DNA of 62,625 nucleotides, the filler included. It is 6 parts of 6 records of this genome, joined end to end, with 100 filler letters (N's around TTAATTAATTAA, not from the genome) between each part and the next. Parts side by side here need not be neighbours in the genome. Positions count along the whole stretch, not along the records: positions 1 to 10,483 come from SRR31156797_2712; 5 more parts are not named here. One strand, 5' to 3'. Below are positions 1 to 9,234 of this stretch, piece by piece. Both the position numbers and the translations under genes were made by a program. Position 1 is the first letter of the stretch, and each line of letters begins with the position of its first letter. The notes below the pieces were generated by a model that was not told the origin of the DNA, made no database searches, and saw only the letters and a list, made by a program, of their open reading frames with translations.

Positions 1-2
1 TA

Positions 3-74
3 AACCATTAAGGTATTAAGATTAGTTAAGCCATTTAATCATAGTCCTTAATGAATCTTAACTTCTTAATGGTT
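3..74. repeat. Imperfect hairpin built from TTAAG/CTTAA-periodic repeats
   Basis: Left arm AACCATTAAG-GTATTAAG-ATTAGTTAAG (3-30) mirrors CTTAATGAAT-CTTAACTT-CTTAATGGTT (47-74); outer 10 bp are a perfect inverted repeat; lies just downstream of the Crp/Fnr gene. Confidence 0.75.
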
Positions 75-108
75 CAATGGTTTTAATATTTGTGTTAAAA
101 TTACGCTA

Positions 109-825
109 TCATCCTGTTTGACTTAAATCATGCAGCGCCTTTTTATTCAGTATCTTAACCGTGTGGTTTTCGTTTTCAATGTAACCTTCCTTTTGAAAAT
201 CTTGCAAAGTACGTACAACACTCATGGTTGACATGCCACTCATTTCGGCCAGGTCTTTTCTAGATAAACTAAGGTGAAATTCATCTGAATCATACACATC
301 ATAAGAAAGGTATAATAAGGTATCGGCCAGGCGACCGTTCAATTGCTTCATGGTGAGTGATACCATTTTGTCGCGACATAGTTGCAAGTCAAAGTTTACT
401 GACTCTAATACTTTGGCTGCAAATTCTCCATTTTGTTTTACTAAACGTTCTATTAGTGTTCGATCAATGGCACAAATGTGAGAGTCTTCAAGTGCAGCTA
501 TGGAATATTGAAAGTTACCTCCACCGTACAATGATGCAAGTCCCAATAGCTTTCCGGTTTGATGTATACTATATATAAGGTTGCTTCGGTAATCAACTTC
601 CTTGTATATTTTAACTAGTCCTTTCTTTAGGTATAAAATATGAGTTACGAAAGCGCCCTGTTTAGCAATGGTTTCACCCTTTTTAAAGGTCAGGTGGACC
701 TTATTTTCACTAATCTCCTGCAGCTCTTCGTAGAGTAGTTTTTCAAAACTCACAGCCTTATTTTGACAGTTAAAGCATAGCTGCTTCTCGTTGATATATT
801 TTTGGTTTTGTGTTATTTTATTCAT
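109..825 (-). CDS. Crp/Fnr family transcriptional regulator
   Basis: cNMP-binding-like region (FKKGETI...LKKGLVKI), C-terminal HTH LSRKDLAEMSGMSTMSVVRTL, N-terminal CFNC. Confidence 0.9.
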   Translation of the reverse strand: MNKITQNQKYINEKQLCFNCQNKAVSFEKLLYEELQEISENKVHLTFKKGETIAKQGAFVTHILYLKKGLVKIYKEVDYRSNLIYSIHQTGKLLGLASLYGGGNFQYSIAALEDSHICAIDRTLIERLVKQNGEFAAKVLESVNFDLQLCRDKMVSLTMKQLNGRLADTLLYLSYDVYDSDEFHLSLSRKDLAEMSGMSTMSVVRTLQDFQKEGYIENENHTVKILNKKALHDLSQTG

Positions 826-939
826 TTAACGAATGTTATATATTCTGAAAATGGTAATGTCAAATTTAGTATATATCCAGCGCAATTAAAAAATAGACGC
901 ATTTTATTTTTTTACTATATCTAACGATTCTGCAAATTC

Positions 940-970
940 TTTGCCTTAAATCTTAAAGTATCTACATTTG
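940..970 (+). promoter_or_regulatory. Bacteroidota primary-sigma promoter of the mrp/mbx operon
   Basis: TTTG (940-943), 19-nt spacer, TACATTTG (963-970) matches the -33 TTTG / -7 TAnnTTTG consensus. Confidence 0.7.
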
Positions 971-993
971 TTAATAAATTAATAATTAAAGAT

Positions 994-1488
994 ATGAACA
1001 TCAAAAACATAATTGTAACGACTGTTATCTTGTTCATTTTCTGGATCTTACTCGACAATACTTTTGAAGTTTTAAATTTGGCAATCGGTGCCGGTTTAGC
1101 TTTATTTTTGAGTTTGATCTTCTGCCGGAGCTGTAATGTGTTTGGAGATATGAAGCTTACACCTCTGGGAATTCTTTATACATTTATTTACCTTTTTGTA
1201 TTTCTGATTGAGTTATTAAAGTCTAATTTGGATGTGGCACGCAGAGTTGTATCTCCATCATTACCTATTAAACCGGGTATTGTGGAAGTTAAAACTAACC
1301 TAAAGTCACCCATGGGTCGAATGATTTTAGCCAACTCAATTACACTTACACCGGGTACATTAACAGTCGATATTGATGATGATCGCTTGTTTATTCACTG
1401 GATTGAGGTTAAAACTGCCGATCCTGAGCAGGCTACCAATGAGATTGTAAGAAAGTTTGAAAAATATTTAGAAAAGATTTATGGTTAG
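994..1488 (+). CDS. Na+/H+ antiporter subunit E (MnhE/MbxA-like)
   Basis: SNLDVARRV...PGIV...LANSITLTPGTLTVD...LFIHW motif. Confidence 0.9.
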   Translation: MNIKNIIVTTVILFIFWILLDNTFEVLNLAIGAGLALFLSLIFCRSCNVFGDMKLTPLGILYTFIYLFVFLIELLKSNLDVARRVVSPSLPIKPGIVEVKTNLKSPMGRMILANSITLTPGTLTVDIDDDRLFIHWIEVKTADPEQATNEIVRKFEKYLEKIYG

Positions 1489-1741
1489 TACAATTCTAAT
1501 AATCGCGTTGGGGTTTATGATTGCAGCTATTTTAACTGCAGCCATTCGCTTTTTTATGGGTCCCCAAACCACTGACCGCATTATAGCATTCGACGGAATG
1601 ACAATTTCTTCATTGTCGTTAATTGGTCTGATTGCATTTTTTGCGCAGCGTTCAATTTACCTGGATATTGCCATTGTCTACGGATTACTGAGCTTTCTGG
1701 GAGTAATAATTATTGCAAGATATCTCGAAAAAGGATTATAA
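1481..1741 (+). CDS. Na+/H+ antiporter subunit F (MnhF/MbxB-like)
   Basis: GPQTTDRIIAFD and YLDIAIVYGLLSFLG motifs; 86 aa, 3 hydrophobic segments. Confidence 0.9.
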   Translation: MVSTILIIALGFMIAAILTAAIRFFMGPQTTDRIIAFDGMTISSLSLIGLIAFFAQRSIYLDIAIVYGLLSFLGVIIIARYLEKGL

Positions 1742-1744
1742 ACT

Positions 1745-2095
1745 ATGGAATTAGCCGGAGCAATTATCGTACTTATTGGTTCAATTTTCCTGTTTCTTGG
1801 AGCATTGGGATTACTTCGTATGCCCGATAGCTTCAATCGTATACAGGCCGGAACCAAAGCCTCCACGTTAGGCACACTGCTTTCACTGGCAGGATTAATT
1901 TTTCTGATGCCTGCTTGGTGGGGTAAATTACTTGTGCTTATTATGTTTATCATACTCACAAACCCTGTTTCTTCACATGTGTTGGCGCGTGCTGCGCATC
2001 ACATCAAAACACCTTTGACAAGAAAAACAGTTGTGGATAAATATGCTGATGAGGAAAACAAAGAATTGGATAACCACAAAACTGAAGTCGCATGA
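1745..2095 (+). CDS. Na+/H+ antiporter subunit G (MnhG/MbxC-like)
   Basis: LGLLRMPDSFNRIQAGTKASTLG and LTNPVSSHVLARAA motifs. Confidence 0.9.
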   Translation: MELAGAIIVLIGSIFLFLGALGLLRMPDSFNRIQAGTKASTLGTLLSLAGLIFLMPAWWGKLLVLIMFIILTNPVSSHVLARAAHHIKTPLTRKTVVDKYADEENKELDNHKTEVA

Positions 2096-2337
2096 TGATA
2101 AAAATAGTTGCCATTATTATTGGCTTATTAATTATAGGACTGGCCATATATGCACTGCATGCTAAAAAGCTTACTGTAGCTATTTTGGGAGCAGGAGCGG
2201 TGAGTTTATTGGCTTCAATAATGTTTTTACTGCTTTCTGCGCCAGATGTAGCCATGACAGAGGCTGCCATTGGTAGTGGATTGAGCACCATTATTTTCTT
2301 TTATGTACTGAATAAAATACGCAAGCAAAATGGTTAA
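2092..2337 (+). CDS. MbhD/MbxD-like (DUF4040) subunit
   Basis: APDVAMTEAAIGSGL motif. Confidence 0.85.
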   Translation: MMIKIVAIIIGLLIIGLAIYALHAKKLTVAILGAGAVSLLASIMFLLLSAPDVAMTEAAIGSGLSTIIFFYVLNKIRKQNG

Positions 2338-3028
2338 AAATTTATTCATCATAATAGTTCTCATTGGAGTAGGCTTTATGTTCTACAATTTTGCCGATGG
2401 CTTTGAAAGTCCCGACAAACTAAATCCAGTTGCAGAACGATACGCAAAACAAGGACCCGATGAAGTGGGTGCTGCAAACCTGGTAACAGCTGTAGTTGTA
2501 ACATATCGTGGTTTGGATACATTAGGAGAGGTAACTATTTTATTTCTTTCTGCTGCAATCGTTGCATTTTTCTTAAAAGTAACATACGGTAGCGAAAAGA
2601 AACGAAAATATAGACCTGTGAGTGAGATTATGCAAACTGCTGCCGGAATACTGACACCTGCTGTTTTCTTGCTAGGAATTTATGTCTTTATTAATGGGCA
2701 CCTTACTCCGGGAGGAGGATTTCAGGGTGGAGCCATTGTTGCTTCCGGGTTAGTATTAATGCTATTGGCCCGTCCAAACATGAAAGTTAGCCATACCCTA
2801 ATCCATGTGGTAGAATCTATTTCAGGATTTGCATTTGTGTTTATTGGTGTACTTGGAATTTTATACGCAGGAGGTTTTCTTGACAATAGCTTGCTGGGTA
2901 TGGGAACGCTGGGTTCATTGCTAAGTGCAGGAGTTATTCCTCTCATTTACATATTTGTTGGGCTTAAAGTTGGAGCAGAACTCTCCAATATTGTAGCTCA
3001 TTTACAAGAATCTCAAAACGAAGCATAA
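2330..3028 (+). CDS. Na+/H+ antiporter subunit B (MnhB/MbxF-like)
   Basis: NLVTAVVVTYRGLDTLGE and GHLTPGGGFQGG motifs. Confidence 0.9.
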   Translation: MVKNLFIIIVLIGVGFMFYNFADGFESPDKLNPVAERYAKQGPDEVGAANLVTAVVVTYRGLDTLGEVTILFLSAAIVAFFLKVTYGSEKKRKYRPVSEIMQTAAGILTPAVFLLGIYVFINGHLTPGGGFQGGAIVASGLVLMLLARPNMKVSHTLIHVVESISGFAFVFIGVLGILYAGGFLDNSLLGMGTLGSLLSAGVIPLIYIFVGLKVGAELSNIVAHLQESQNEA

Positions 3029-3399
3029 TGGATAAAATAGGACTGGAAAATATTGCTTTGTTTAGTGGACTGATATTATCCCTCGTGGGTTTATGGGGTC
3101 TGCTGACACAGAAAAACATCATTAAGATGATCGTTGGTTTTGCATTGCTTGATACAGGTATTCACCTTATAATGATTGCCGTAGGTTACGTAAAAAATGC
3201 TACGGCACCAATTATTGGAGAAACTGTTACCAAAGAGAATGCAGCTGATGTAATTGCTGACCCTATTCCTCAAGCATTGGTGCTTACTGCCATTGTTATT
3301 GGATTAGGAATTACAGCTTTGATGTTAGCTTATGCAGTAAAAATGCATCAAAAGAAGAAATCATTGGATATCAATCATTATAAAGATTTAAAATGGTAG
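3028..3399 (+). CDS. Na+/H+ antiporter subunit C (MnhC/MbxG-like)
   Basis: ADPIPQALVLTAIVIG motif. Confidence 0.9.
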   Translation: MDKIGLENIALFSGLILSLVGLWGLLTQKNIIKMIVGFALLDTGIHLIMIAVGYVKNATAPIIGETVTKENAADVIADPIPQALVLTAIVIGLGITALMLAYAVKMHQKKKSLDINHYKDLKW

Positions 3400-6300
3400 G
3401 ACCAATTTATATAATAGCAATCGCACTCGGACTGGCATTTCTTTTAGGATTTTTCAAAAAGTTGAATGCCAATATTGCACAAACACTCATGATGGCCGGT
3501 GTAGGCGCAATGAGTTTTATATCTGTACAGTGGCTTTTTGGTCATTTAACCGGAATGGTAACCGAAACCGTAACTTATACGGCCGGTTTTAAACCACCTT
3601 TCTCCATTAGCTTGCAAATGGGAGCAATGGAAGCCGGGGTTACAGCCATGATCAATATTTTTGGATTTTTGGGTGGCGTTTATTTGTGGCGCAAATTAAG
3701 AGATATGGGTTTGAACGCCATCATTATTTATATGGTGACGTTGATGGGGCTCAATGTAATTGTGCTTACCCGTGACTTATTCAATCTTTTTGTATTCCTT
3801 GAAGTAAGCACCATTGGAATTGCAGGTTTGATTTTGCTTGAAAGGGGTGTGAATACATTGTCTGCCGGGTTTAAGTATTTGGTAGCAGGTGGTGTAATTT
3901 CTGCATTTATGCTGATAGGAACCATCATGGTTTATAACTATGCCGGATCGTTATACATTAATGATATTATTAATTCAAATGTAGCTGCAGCAAAAGGTGG
4001 AATGGTTGCACTATTTCTATTATTGATGGCAGTAATTTTAGAATTGAAACCTTTCCCTGCCAATGGTTGGGCATTGGATGTTTATGAAAGTGCAAACAGT
4101 GGTATCTCTGGATTTTTATCTGCCGGATTTGCAACCGCAATGTTGTTTGTACTGTACAAATTAATGCCAATATTTCCTGAACAGTGGAAAGTGATTATTG
4201 CTTTCATTGGAGGAATTACATTTGTGTTAGCAAACCTCTTGGGTATTCGTCAAACCAATGCACAACGCTTGTTGGGATACTCATCGGTTGGACAAATGGG
4301 ATTAATGACTGCCATTATTGGATTGTCAACCTATTTAGGAGATAAATTCATATTTATTTTAGTCACCATTTTATTAAGTCATTATTTGGCGAAAGCCGGA
4401 TTGTTTTGGCTGGCAGGTATTGCAAAAGAAAAAGAAATTAAGTCCTGGAGTTTACTTCGTAAAGAGCCATTATTGGTAGTATTGTTTGGTGTGTTTGTAT
4501 TGACATTATTAGGTATGCCTCCATTTCCATCATTCTTTGGAAAATGGGAATTGGTAATGAAACTGGCAGCAAGCGGAAAAGTATTATGGATTGCTGGTGT
4601 TTTAATCGGTTCATTCTTTGAAGCTGTCTACTTGTTTAAATGGTTTGGTTTTGTCTTAAAAGGCGAAAGAGAAGATTCACTTATTTTACAAATTAAACCA
4701 GAGCAAATAATAGCACCGGTTGTATTTGCTACAATTGCTGTAATGGCTGGTTATTACGCTGGAAACCTTCTGGGTGAGACAAACTTTGCTTATTATATTC
4801 CATTATTGTTCATAGCGGGTATTAGCTTGTTAGAGTTCTTGCCAGCATTTGCGAAAAATATTTTGGCCATTGCCGGTATGGGCTATTTGGCTTATGAAAC
4901 ACTTCCCGGATTTCACGAAAATGATATGCTTAGATTCATTTTCATGAGTATATTTATTGTGGGAGGTATTTTAACTCTAATTGCAGGATTTCATTATAAA
5001 GGAAAAAGAAAAGGATTTTTCCCATCGGCATTAATTATGTTTGCCGGGTTGGCCGGAATAATTCAAGCTGAAACATTATTGCAATTTTTCTTCTCCTGGG
5101 AGTTGATGACAATTGGCTCTTACTTTTTGATAATCAGAGGTAAGAAGTCAATTAAGCATGCCTTTAGTTATATGTTATTCTCATTGGGAGGAGCTTATTT
5201 AATTTTAGCTGCCTTCGGAATGGTCGATGCTCAGGTCGGTGGTATGTTAAATGCATTGAGTGGGGTTACTTCTTATAGGTCACTTATATTTATATTGTTG
5301 GTTATTGGTTTTATGACCAAAACGGCCACGGTAGGATTACACATTTGGTTACCTGGAGCTCATGCTGAAGCAGAAACAGATGTTTCTCCAATGGTATCTG
5401 GTATATTATTGAAAGCTGGAGTGTTTGGATTAATCCTCGTAATGTTGAGTATGGGATCACAGTTTGTAGGTAAAGTCGATGTGTATTATGTACTAGCTTG
5501 GTTAGGTGCCATTTCTGCTGTAATGGGTAATATGATGGCTGCATTTCAGGAAGATGCTAAGCGATTACTTGCTTATTCAAGTATTGGTTTCCTTGGTTAT
5601 ATTGTATTCGGATTATCATTTATGTCCCACCTTGGATGGTTAGGTGCTATTTCTTTATCAATTGTCCATTTCATGTTTAAAACCTTACTGTTCCTTGCAA
5701 TTGGAGGTGTTGTAATACGGGTTAAAACAAAAGAGATGTACAAAATGGGTGGTCTGATTAAGAGGATGCCATTTACTTTTATTTCTGTATTGATGGGGAT
5801 TATTGTGATTTCAGGTGTACCTCCATTGACTGGATTTGGAGGGAAATGGATTCTTTATAATGCTATTATGGAAAAAGGATGGTTCTTCCCATCGGTATTA
5901 GTATTTTTCGCTGGTATTGTGGCATTTTTATATTGTTTCAGATTGATTCATACTGTTTTCCTAGGGCAATTAAAAGATGAGCATCGTGAAGTGAAAGAGG
6001 CGCCATTCTGGATTTTAGCCCCACAGTATATCATTCTTGGAGTAATTATGCTTTTCTCCGCATTACCAAATTCACTTTTAAAACCAATTGGAGAATTATT
6101 AACACCAATTTTCCCTGATGGTGCTTTGAATTGGGATGGACAGTTAGCTACAAATGCATATGGATATTGGAATGGTCAATTGATCATGTATATCGTAATG
6201 GGAATTTTTGTTACTGTATTCGTATGGTTGTGGTACATGAACCGCAATGCTCAGAAAGTGAAGCAATTCAATATTGGTTACTCGGCAGAACGCCCATCAT

Positions 6301-6518
6301 TACCAGAAACAACGCACTTTGCATATAATTTCTTTGCTCCTTATAAAAAGGCATTGGGCTTTTTAGTTGCTCCGGTAATCTCAAATTTCTGGGATAGGGT
6401 AGCAGAGGCTTATAACGCAGTTGCAGATAAAATTCGACAACTATATAATGGAAACGCGCAAACTTATGCATTCCATATAGTTGCCTATATAGTAGTTATT
6501 TATTTAATCACATTTTAA
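3393..6518 (+). CDS. Fused double antiporter-like subunit (two MnhD/NuoLMN-type modules; MbxH+MbxH'-like)
   Basis: 1041 aa with two sets of motifs: DLFNLFVFLE / RLLGYSSVGQMG / GMPPFPSFFGKW and FFFSWELMT / LHIWLPGAH / KRLLAYSSIG / GVPPLTGFGGKW. Confidence 0.85.
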   Translation: MVGPIYIIAIALGLAFLLGFFKKLNANIAQTLMMAGVGAMSFISVQWLFGHLTGMVTETVTYTAGFKPPFSISLQMGAMEAGVTAMINIFGFLGGVYLWRKLRDMGLNAIIIYMVTLMGLNVIVLTRDLFNLFVFLEVSTIGIAGLILLERGVNTLSAGFKYLVAGGVISAFMLIGTIMVYNYAGSLYINDIINSNVAAAKGGMVALFLLLMAVILELKPFPANGWALDVYESANSGISGFLSAGFATAMLFVLYKLMPIFPEQWKVIIAFIGGITFVLANLLGIRQTNAQRLLGYSSVGQMGLMTAIIGLSTYLGDKFIFILVTILLSHYLAKAGLFWLAGIAKEKEIKSWSLLRKEPLLVVLFGVFVLTLLGMPPFPSFFGKWELVMKLAASGKVLWIAGVLIGSFFEAVYLFKWFGFVLKGEREDSLILQIKPEQIIAPVVFATIAVMAGYYAGNLLGETNFAYYIPLLFIAGISLLEFLPAFAKNILAIAGMGYLAYETLPGFHENDMLRFIFMSIFIVGGILTLIAGFHYKGKRKGFFPSALIMFAGLAGIIQAETLLQFFFSWELMTIGSYFLIIRGKKSIKHAFSYMLFSLGGAYLILAAFGMVDAQVGGMLNALSGVTSYRSLIFILLVIGFMTKTATVGLHIWLPGAHAEAETDVSPMVSGILLKAGVFGLILVMLSMGSQFVGKVDVYYVLAWLGAISAVMGNMMAAFQEDAKRLLAYSSIGFLGYIVFGLSFMSHLGWLGAISLSIVHFMFKTLLFLAIGGVVIRVKTKEMYKMGGLIKRMPFTFISVLMGIIVISGVPPLTGFGGKWILYNAIMEKGWFFPSVLVFFAGIVAFLYCFRLIHTVFLGQLKDEHREVKEAPFWILAPQYIILGVIMLFSALPNSLLKPIGELLTPIFPDGALNWDGQLATNAYGYWNGQLIMYIVMGIFVTVFVWLWYMNRNAQKVKQFNIGYSAERPSLPETTHFAYNFFAPYKKALGFLVAPVISNFWDRVAEAYNAVADKIRQLYNGNAQTYAFHIVAYIVVIYLITF

Positions 6519-6521
6519 GAT

Positions 6522-7433
6522 ATGGAAATCACTATAAAAGGTGTATTATATGCCCTACTAACAATTTTTATTGTTTTAAACTATGGGCTGATTCTGCAGG
6601 GAATTACTCGAAAAATTGGAGCTAGAGTCGGCAGAAGATATGGTATCAGATGGTACCAACCATATATTGATATCATTAAAAACTATGCAAAGCGAAGTAC
6701 CATTACACATGGTGTAATGTTTTATATCGCACCTGTATTTAGATTGACTGGTGGTATTGGCTTGCTTTTATTTATGCCTGTAATATTTGGCTCTGAAATG
6801 TTCGGAAACTTCTCTTTTGCAGGAGATTTAGTATTGGTTCTATACTTCCAGTTTTTTGGTACGCTTGGAATGGCTTTAGGTGCGGCTGAAGGTGGACATC
6901 CATATTCTGCCATTGGTGTATCCAGAGGTTTATCGCAAGTTACAGCTTTTGAGTTACCTTTAACATTGAGCGTAATTACAATTGCTATACAATACCAAAC
7001 TTTGAACATCTCAGAAATTGTAGCAGCACAGCAAGGAGGCATAATGTCCTGGACAATTATGACAAACCCTATAGCCGGAATAGCAGCGATGTTGTCATTT
7101 TTGGGAATTATGATGCGATCTCCTTTTGATGTGGTACTAGCTCCTCAAGAGATTCCAATTGGACCTCCAACAGAGTTTAGTTCTGGTTTATTGGGAGTAC
7201 TACAATTGAATAGAGCAATATTCCCAGCTGCTAAGCTTGTTTTATTTATGAATTTATTTTTTGGTGGTGCTACAAGTTGGCCGGAACTCATGCTGAAAAC
7301 ATTCTTAATTTATATGTGGTCGGTATTCGTGGGTGTTGTATTTCCTCGATTCCGAGTTGATCAATCAGTGCGTTGGTTCTTAACAATTCCATTAGCAATT
7401 GCCTTAATAGCAATAATATTAATCCGGTTTTAA
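6522..7433 (+). CDS. NuoH/MbxM-like membrane subunit
   Basis: RKIGARVGRRYG..WYQPYIDIIK, RSPFD...E..GPPTEFS, PRFRVDQ. Confidence 0.9.
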   Translation: MEITIKGVLYALLTIFIVLNYGLILQGITRKIGARVGRRYGIRWYQPYIDIIKNYAKRSTITHGVMFYIAPVFRLTGGIGLLLFMPVIFGSEMFGNFSFAGDLVLVLYFQFFGTLGMALGAAEGGHPYSAIGVSRGLSQVTAFELPLTLSVITIAIQYQTLNISEIVAAQQGGIMSWTIMTNPIAGIAAMLSFLGIMMRSPFDVVLAPQEIPIGPPTEFSSGLLGVLQLNRAIFPAAKLVLFMNLFFGGATSWPELMLKTFLIYMWSVFVGVVFPRFRVDQSVRWFLTIPLAIALIAIILIRF

Positions 7434-7443
7434 TTGATTTAAG

Positions 7444-8082
7444 ATGAAAGAAGATTTTAAAAAACGAACAGTTATAACACCAGAAGGAAAACCATTAGAA
7501 ATTGATCCGGTGAAGGATTATTTCAGTGATGCAAAGCCTAAGGTGCATAAACCGGCACATCCAGTAATTGAAAAGTTTGCCAACTGGGCAAGAGCTAATT
7601 CACTATGGATACTTGGATTTGGTACCGGATGTGGAGCCATTGAAACACGTCCGTTAATGACTCCCCGTTTTGATGCTTACCGTTATGGTATTCAGTGGAG
7701 ACCAACACCAAGACAATCTTCTGTATTTATAATTTCGGGTTACTTATCGGTAAAAACCCTTAAAAGGGTAGTTAGGACTTATGAGCAAATGCAAAACCCA
7801 AAATTTGTAATTGCTTTAGGAAGTTGTACTATTAACGGAGGTATGTATTGGGATAGTTATAATACCATTAACCGACTCGATCATTATTTGCCAGTTGATG
7901 TATACATCGCAGGCTGTATGCCAAGACCAGAGGCTATTTTACACGGATTTGAACACCTGAAAAAGATTATCAAAGAAGGTCGTGGTGAGGGAGCTAATAA
8001 ATATGCTGAAGAATTTGAATGGTACAAAGCAAACCAGAAGAAAATAATTAAAGACTGGGATATGCCTGATTATAATTGGTAA
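7444..8082 (+). CDS. NuoB/MbxJ-like Fe-S subunit
   Basis: GTGCGAIE...PRFDAYRYG...TPRQ...YEQMQNPKFVIALGSC...PVDVYIAGCMPRPE. Confidence 0.9.
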   Translation: MKEDFKKRTVITPEGKPLEIDPVKDYFSDAKPKVHKPAHPVIEKFANWARANSLWILGFGTGCGAIETRPLMTPRFDAYRYGIQWRPTPRQSSVFIISGYLSVKTLKRVVRTYEQMQNPKFVIALGSCTINGGMYWDSYNTINRLDHYLPVDVYIAGCMPRPEAILHGFEHLKKIIKEGRGEGANKYAEEFEWYKANQKKIIKDWDMPDYNW

Positions 8083-8085
8083 GTT

Positions 8086-8135
8086 AGGTTGAGGTTGAGG
8101 TTGAGGCTGAGGCTAAGGCTAAGGATGAGGCTGAG
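8086..8135 (+). repeat. Hexamer tandem array (AGGTTG/AGGCTG/AGGCTA x8), left arm of four-helix-bundle cassette 1
   Basis: aggttg aggttg aggttg aggctg aggcta aggcta aggatg aggctg ag, starting 3 nt after the NuoB-like stop. Confidence 0.9.
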
Positions 8136-8170
8136 TAGTAGTAGGATATTGAATATAGAGATAATTGAAT

Positions 8171-8533
8171 ATGAGTAAGGATTTTACAGATATGAATGTA
8201 TGGCAATTAGGACTTGAGTTCGTAAAGTCTATTTATGAGCTTACCAAATCTTTCCCTTCTGAGGAGAAATTTGGGTTAGTTTCTGATATGCGTCGTGCAG
8301 CAACTTCAATTCCTAATAATATTGCTGAAGGTTATGGTCGTTTTGAAGCCAGAGATAAATCAAGGTTTTACAAAATAGCAAGAGGAAGCTGCTATGAATT
8401 GCATAGTCAATTGATTATTTCGAAGGAATTAGGATTTATAATTTCAGATGAGATTACTAATTCATTAATAAATATGACAAAGGGTATTAACCTGGAATTA
8501 AATAAACTAATAAAAGCTATAGAATGTAAATAA
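8171..8533 (+). CDS. Four helix bundle protein (23S rRNA IVP / Avd-like family)
   Basis: F.D..VWQ...IYELTKSFPSEEKFGLVSDMRRAATSIPNNIAEG.GR...F..IARGS..EL signature; ATG at 8171 preferred over TTG at 8165. Confidence 0.92.
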   Translation: MSKDFTDMNVWQLGLEFVKSIYELTKSFPSEEKFGLVSDMRRAATSIPNNIAEGYGRFEARDKSRFYKIARGSCYELHSQLIISKELGFIISDEITNSLINMTKGINLELNKLIKAIECK

Positions 8534-8565
8534 TAGAAGGTATAAGGAATAATGCAGAGGCCTTT

Positions 8566-8589
8566 TAGCCTCAGCCTTAGCCTCAGCCT
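8566..8589 (-). repeat. Hexamer array (TAGCCT/CAGCCT x4), inverted right arm of cassette 1
   Basis: Reverse complement is aggctg aggcta aggctg aggcta, the same units as 8086-8135. Confidence 0.9.
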
Positions 8590-8703
8590 TTTGATTATAG
8601 AGATCAATAACTTGATTAACTATACAAACGAAAAATTGAAAGTATAGGCTAATAACATCATTAAGCAATTTAACAATATAACAATTAGACCATAAAAATA
8701 GAT

Positions 8704-9234
8704 ATGCAGAACATATTAAACGACATAAAAGACAGATTCCAAACCACTGATCACATTCAGCAACGGGATGATCTTTCTTTCGTAACAGTTGATAAAGAAA
8801 TTGCCATTTCACTAATCACATACATGAGAGATTATTTGGGTATGGCACATTTGGTATTACTAACAGCTACTGACTGGATTGAGGAAGGTAAGTTTCAATT
8901 GACATATCTTTTAAACAATCCTGACAAGAAATTAGATATTGGTGTTCGTGTTTATATTGAACGCGAAAATGCAAGTATGTATTCGGCTCATCATTTATGG
9001 GAACAGGTAGCTACTTATCAAAGAGAGCTCAGAGAAATGTTTGGAATTGATTTTCCTGGCAGTCCTGGAATTGAAAAAGATTTTATACTCGAAGGTTGGG
9101 AGGGTACGCCTCCTTACCGAAGAGAATTCGATACAAAGCAATATTCAGAAGATACTTATTTCCCACGTCCGGGAAGAGGATCTAATGATCCGGCAGAATA
9201 TATGAAGAAAAAGCTGTACGACGATGAAGAATAG
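8704..9234 (+). CDS. NuoC/MbxK-like subunit
   Basis: ATDW...FQLTYLL...YQRELREMFGIDFPGSP...LEGWEGTPPYRREF. Confidence 0.9.
   Translation: MQNILNDIKDRFQTTDHIQQRDDLSFVTVDKEIAISLITYMRDYLGMAHLVLLTATDWIEEGKFQLTYLLNNPDKKLDIGVRVYIERENASMYSAHHLWEQVATYQRELREMFGIDFPGSPGIEKDFILEGWEGTPPYRREFDTKQYSEDTYFPRPGRGSNDPAEYMKKKLYDDEE

Noticed and set aside
8407-8812. Minus-strand ORFs containing RLRLRL or AEAKAEAK
   Set aside because: Translations of the hexamer repeat arm, not real genes
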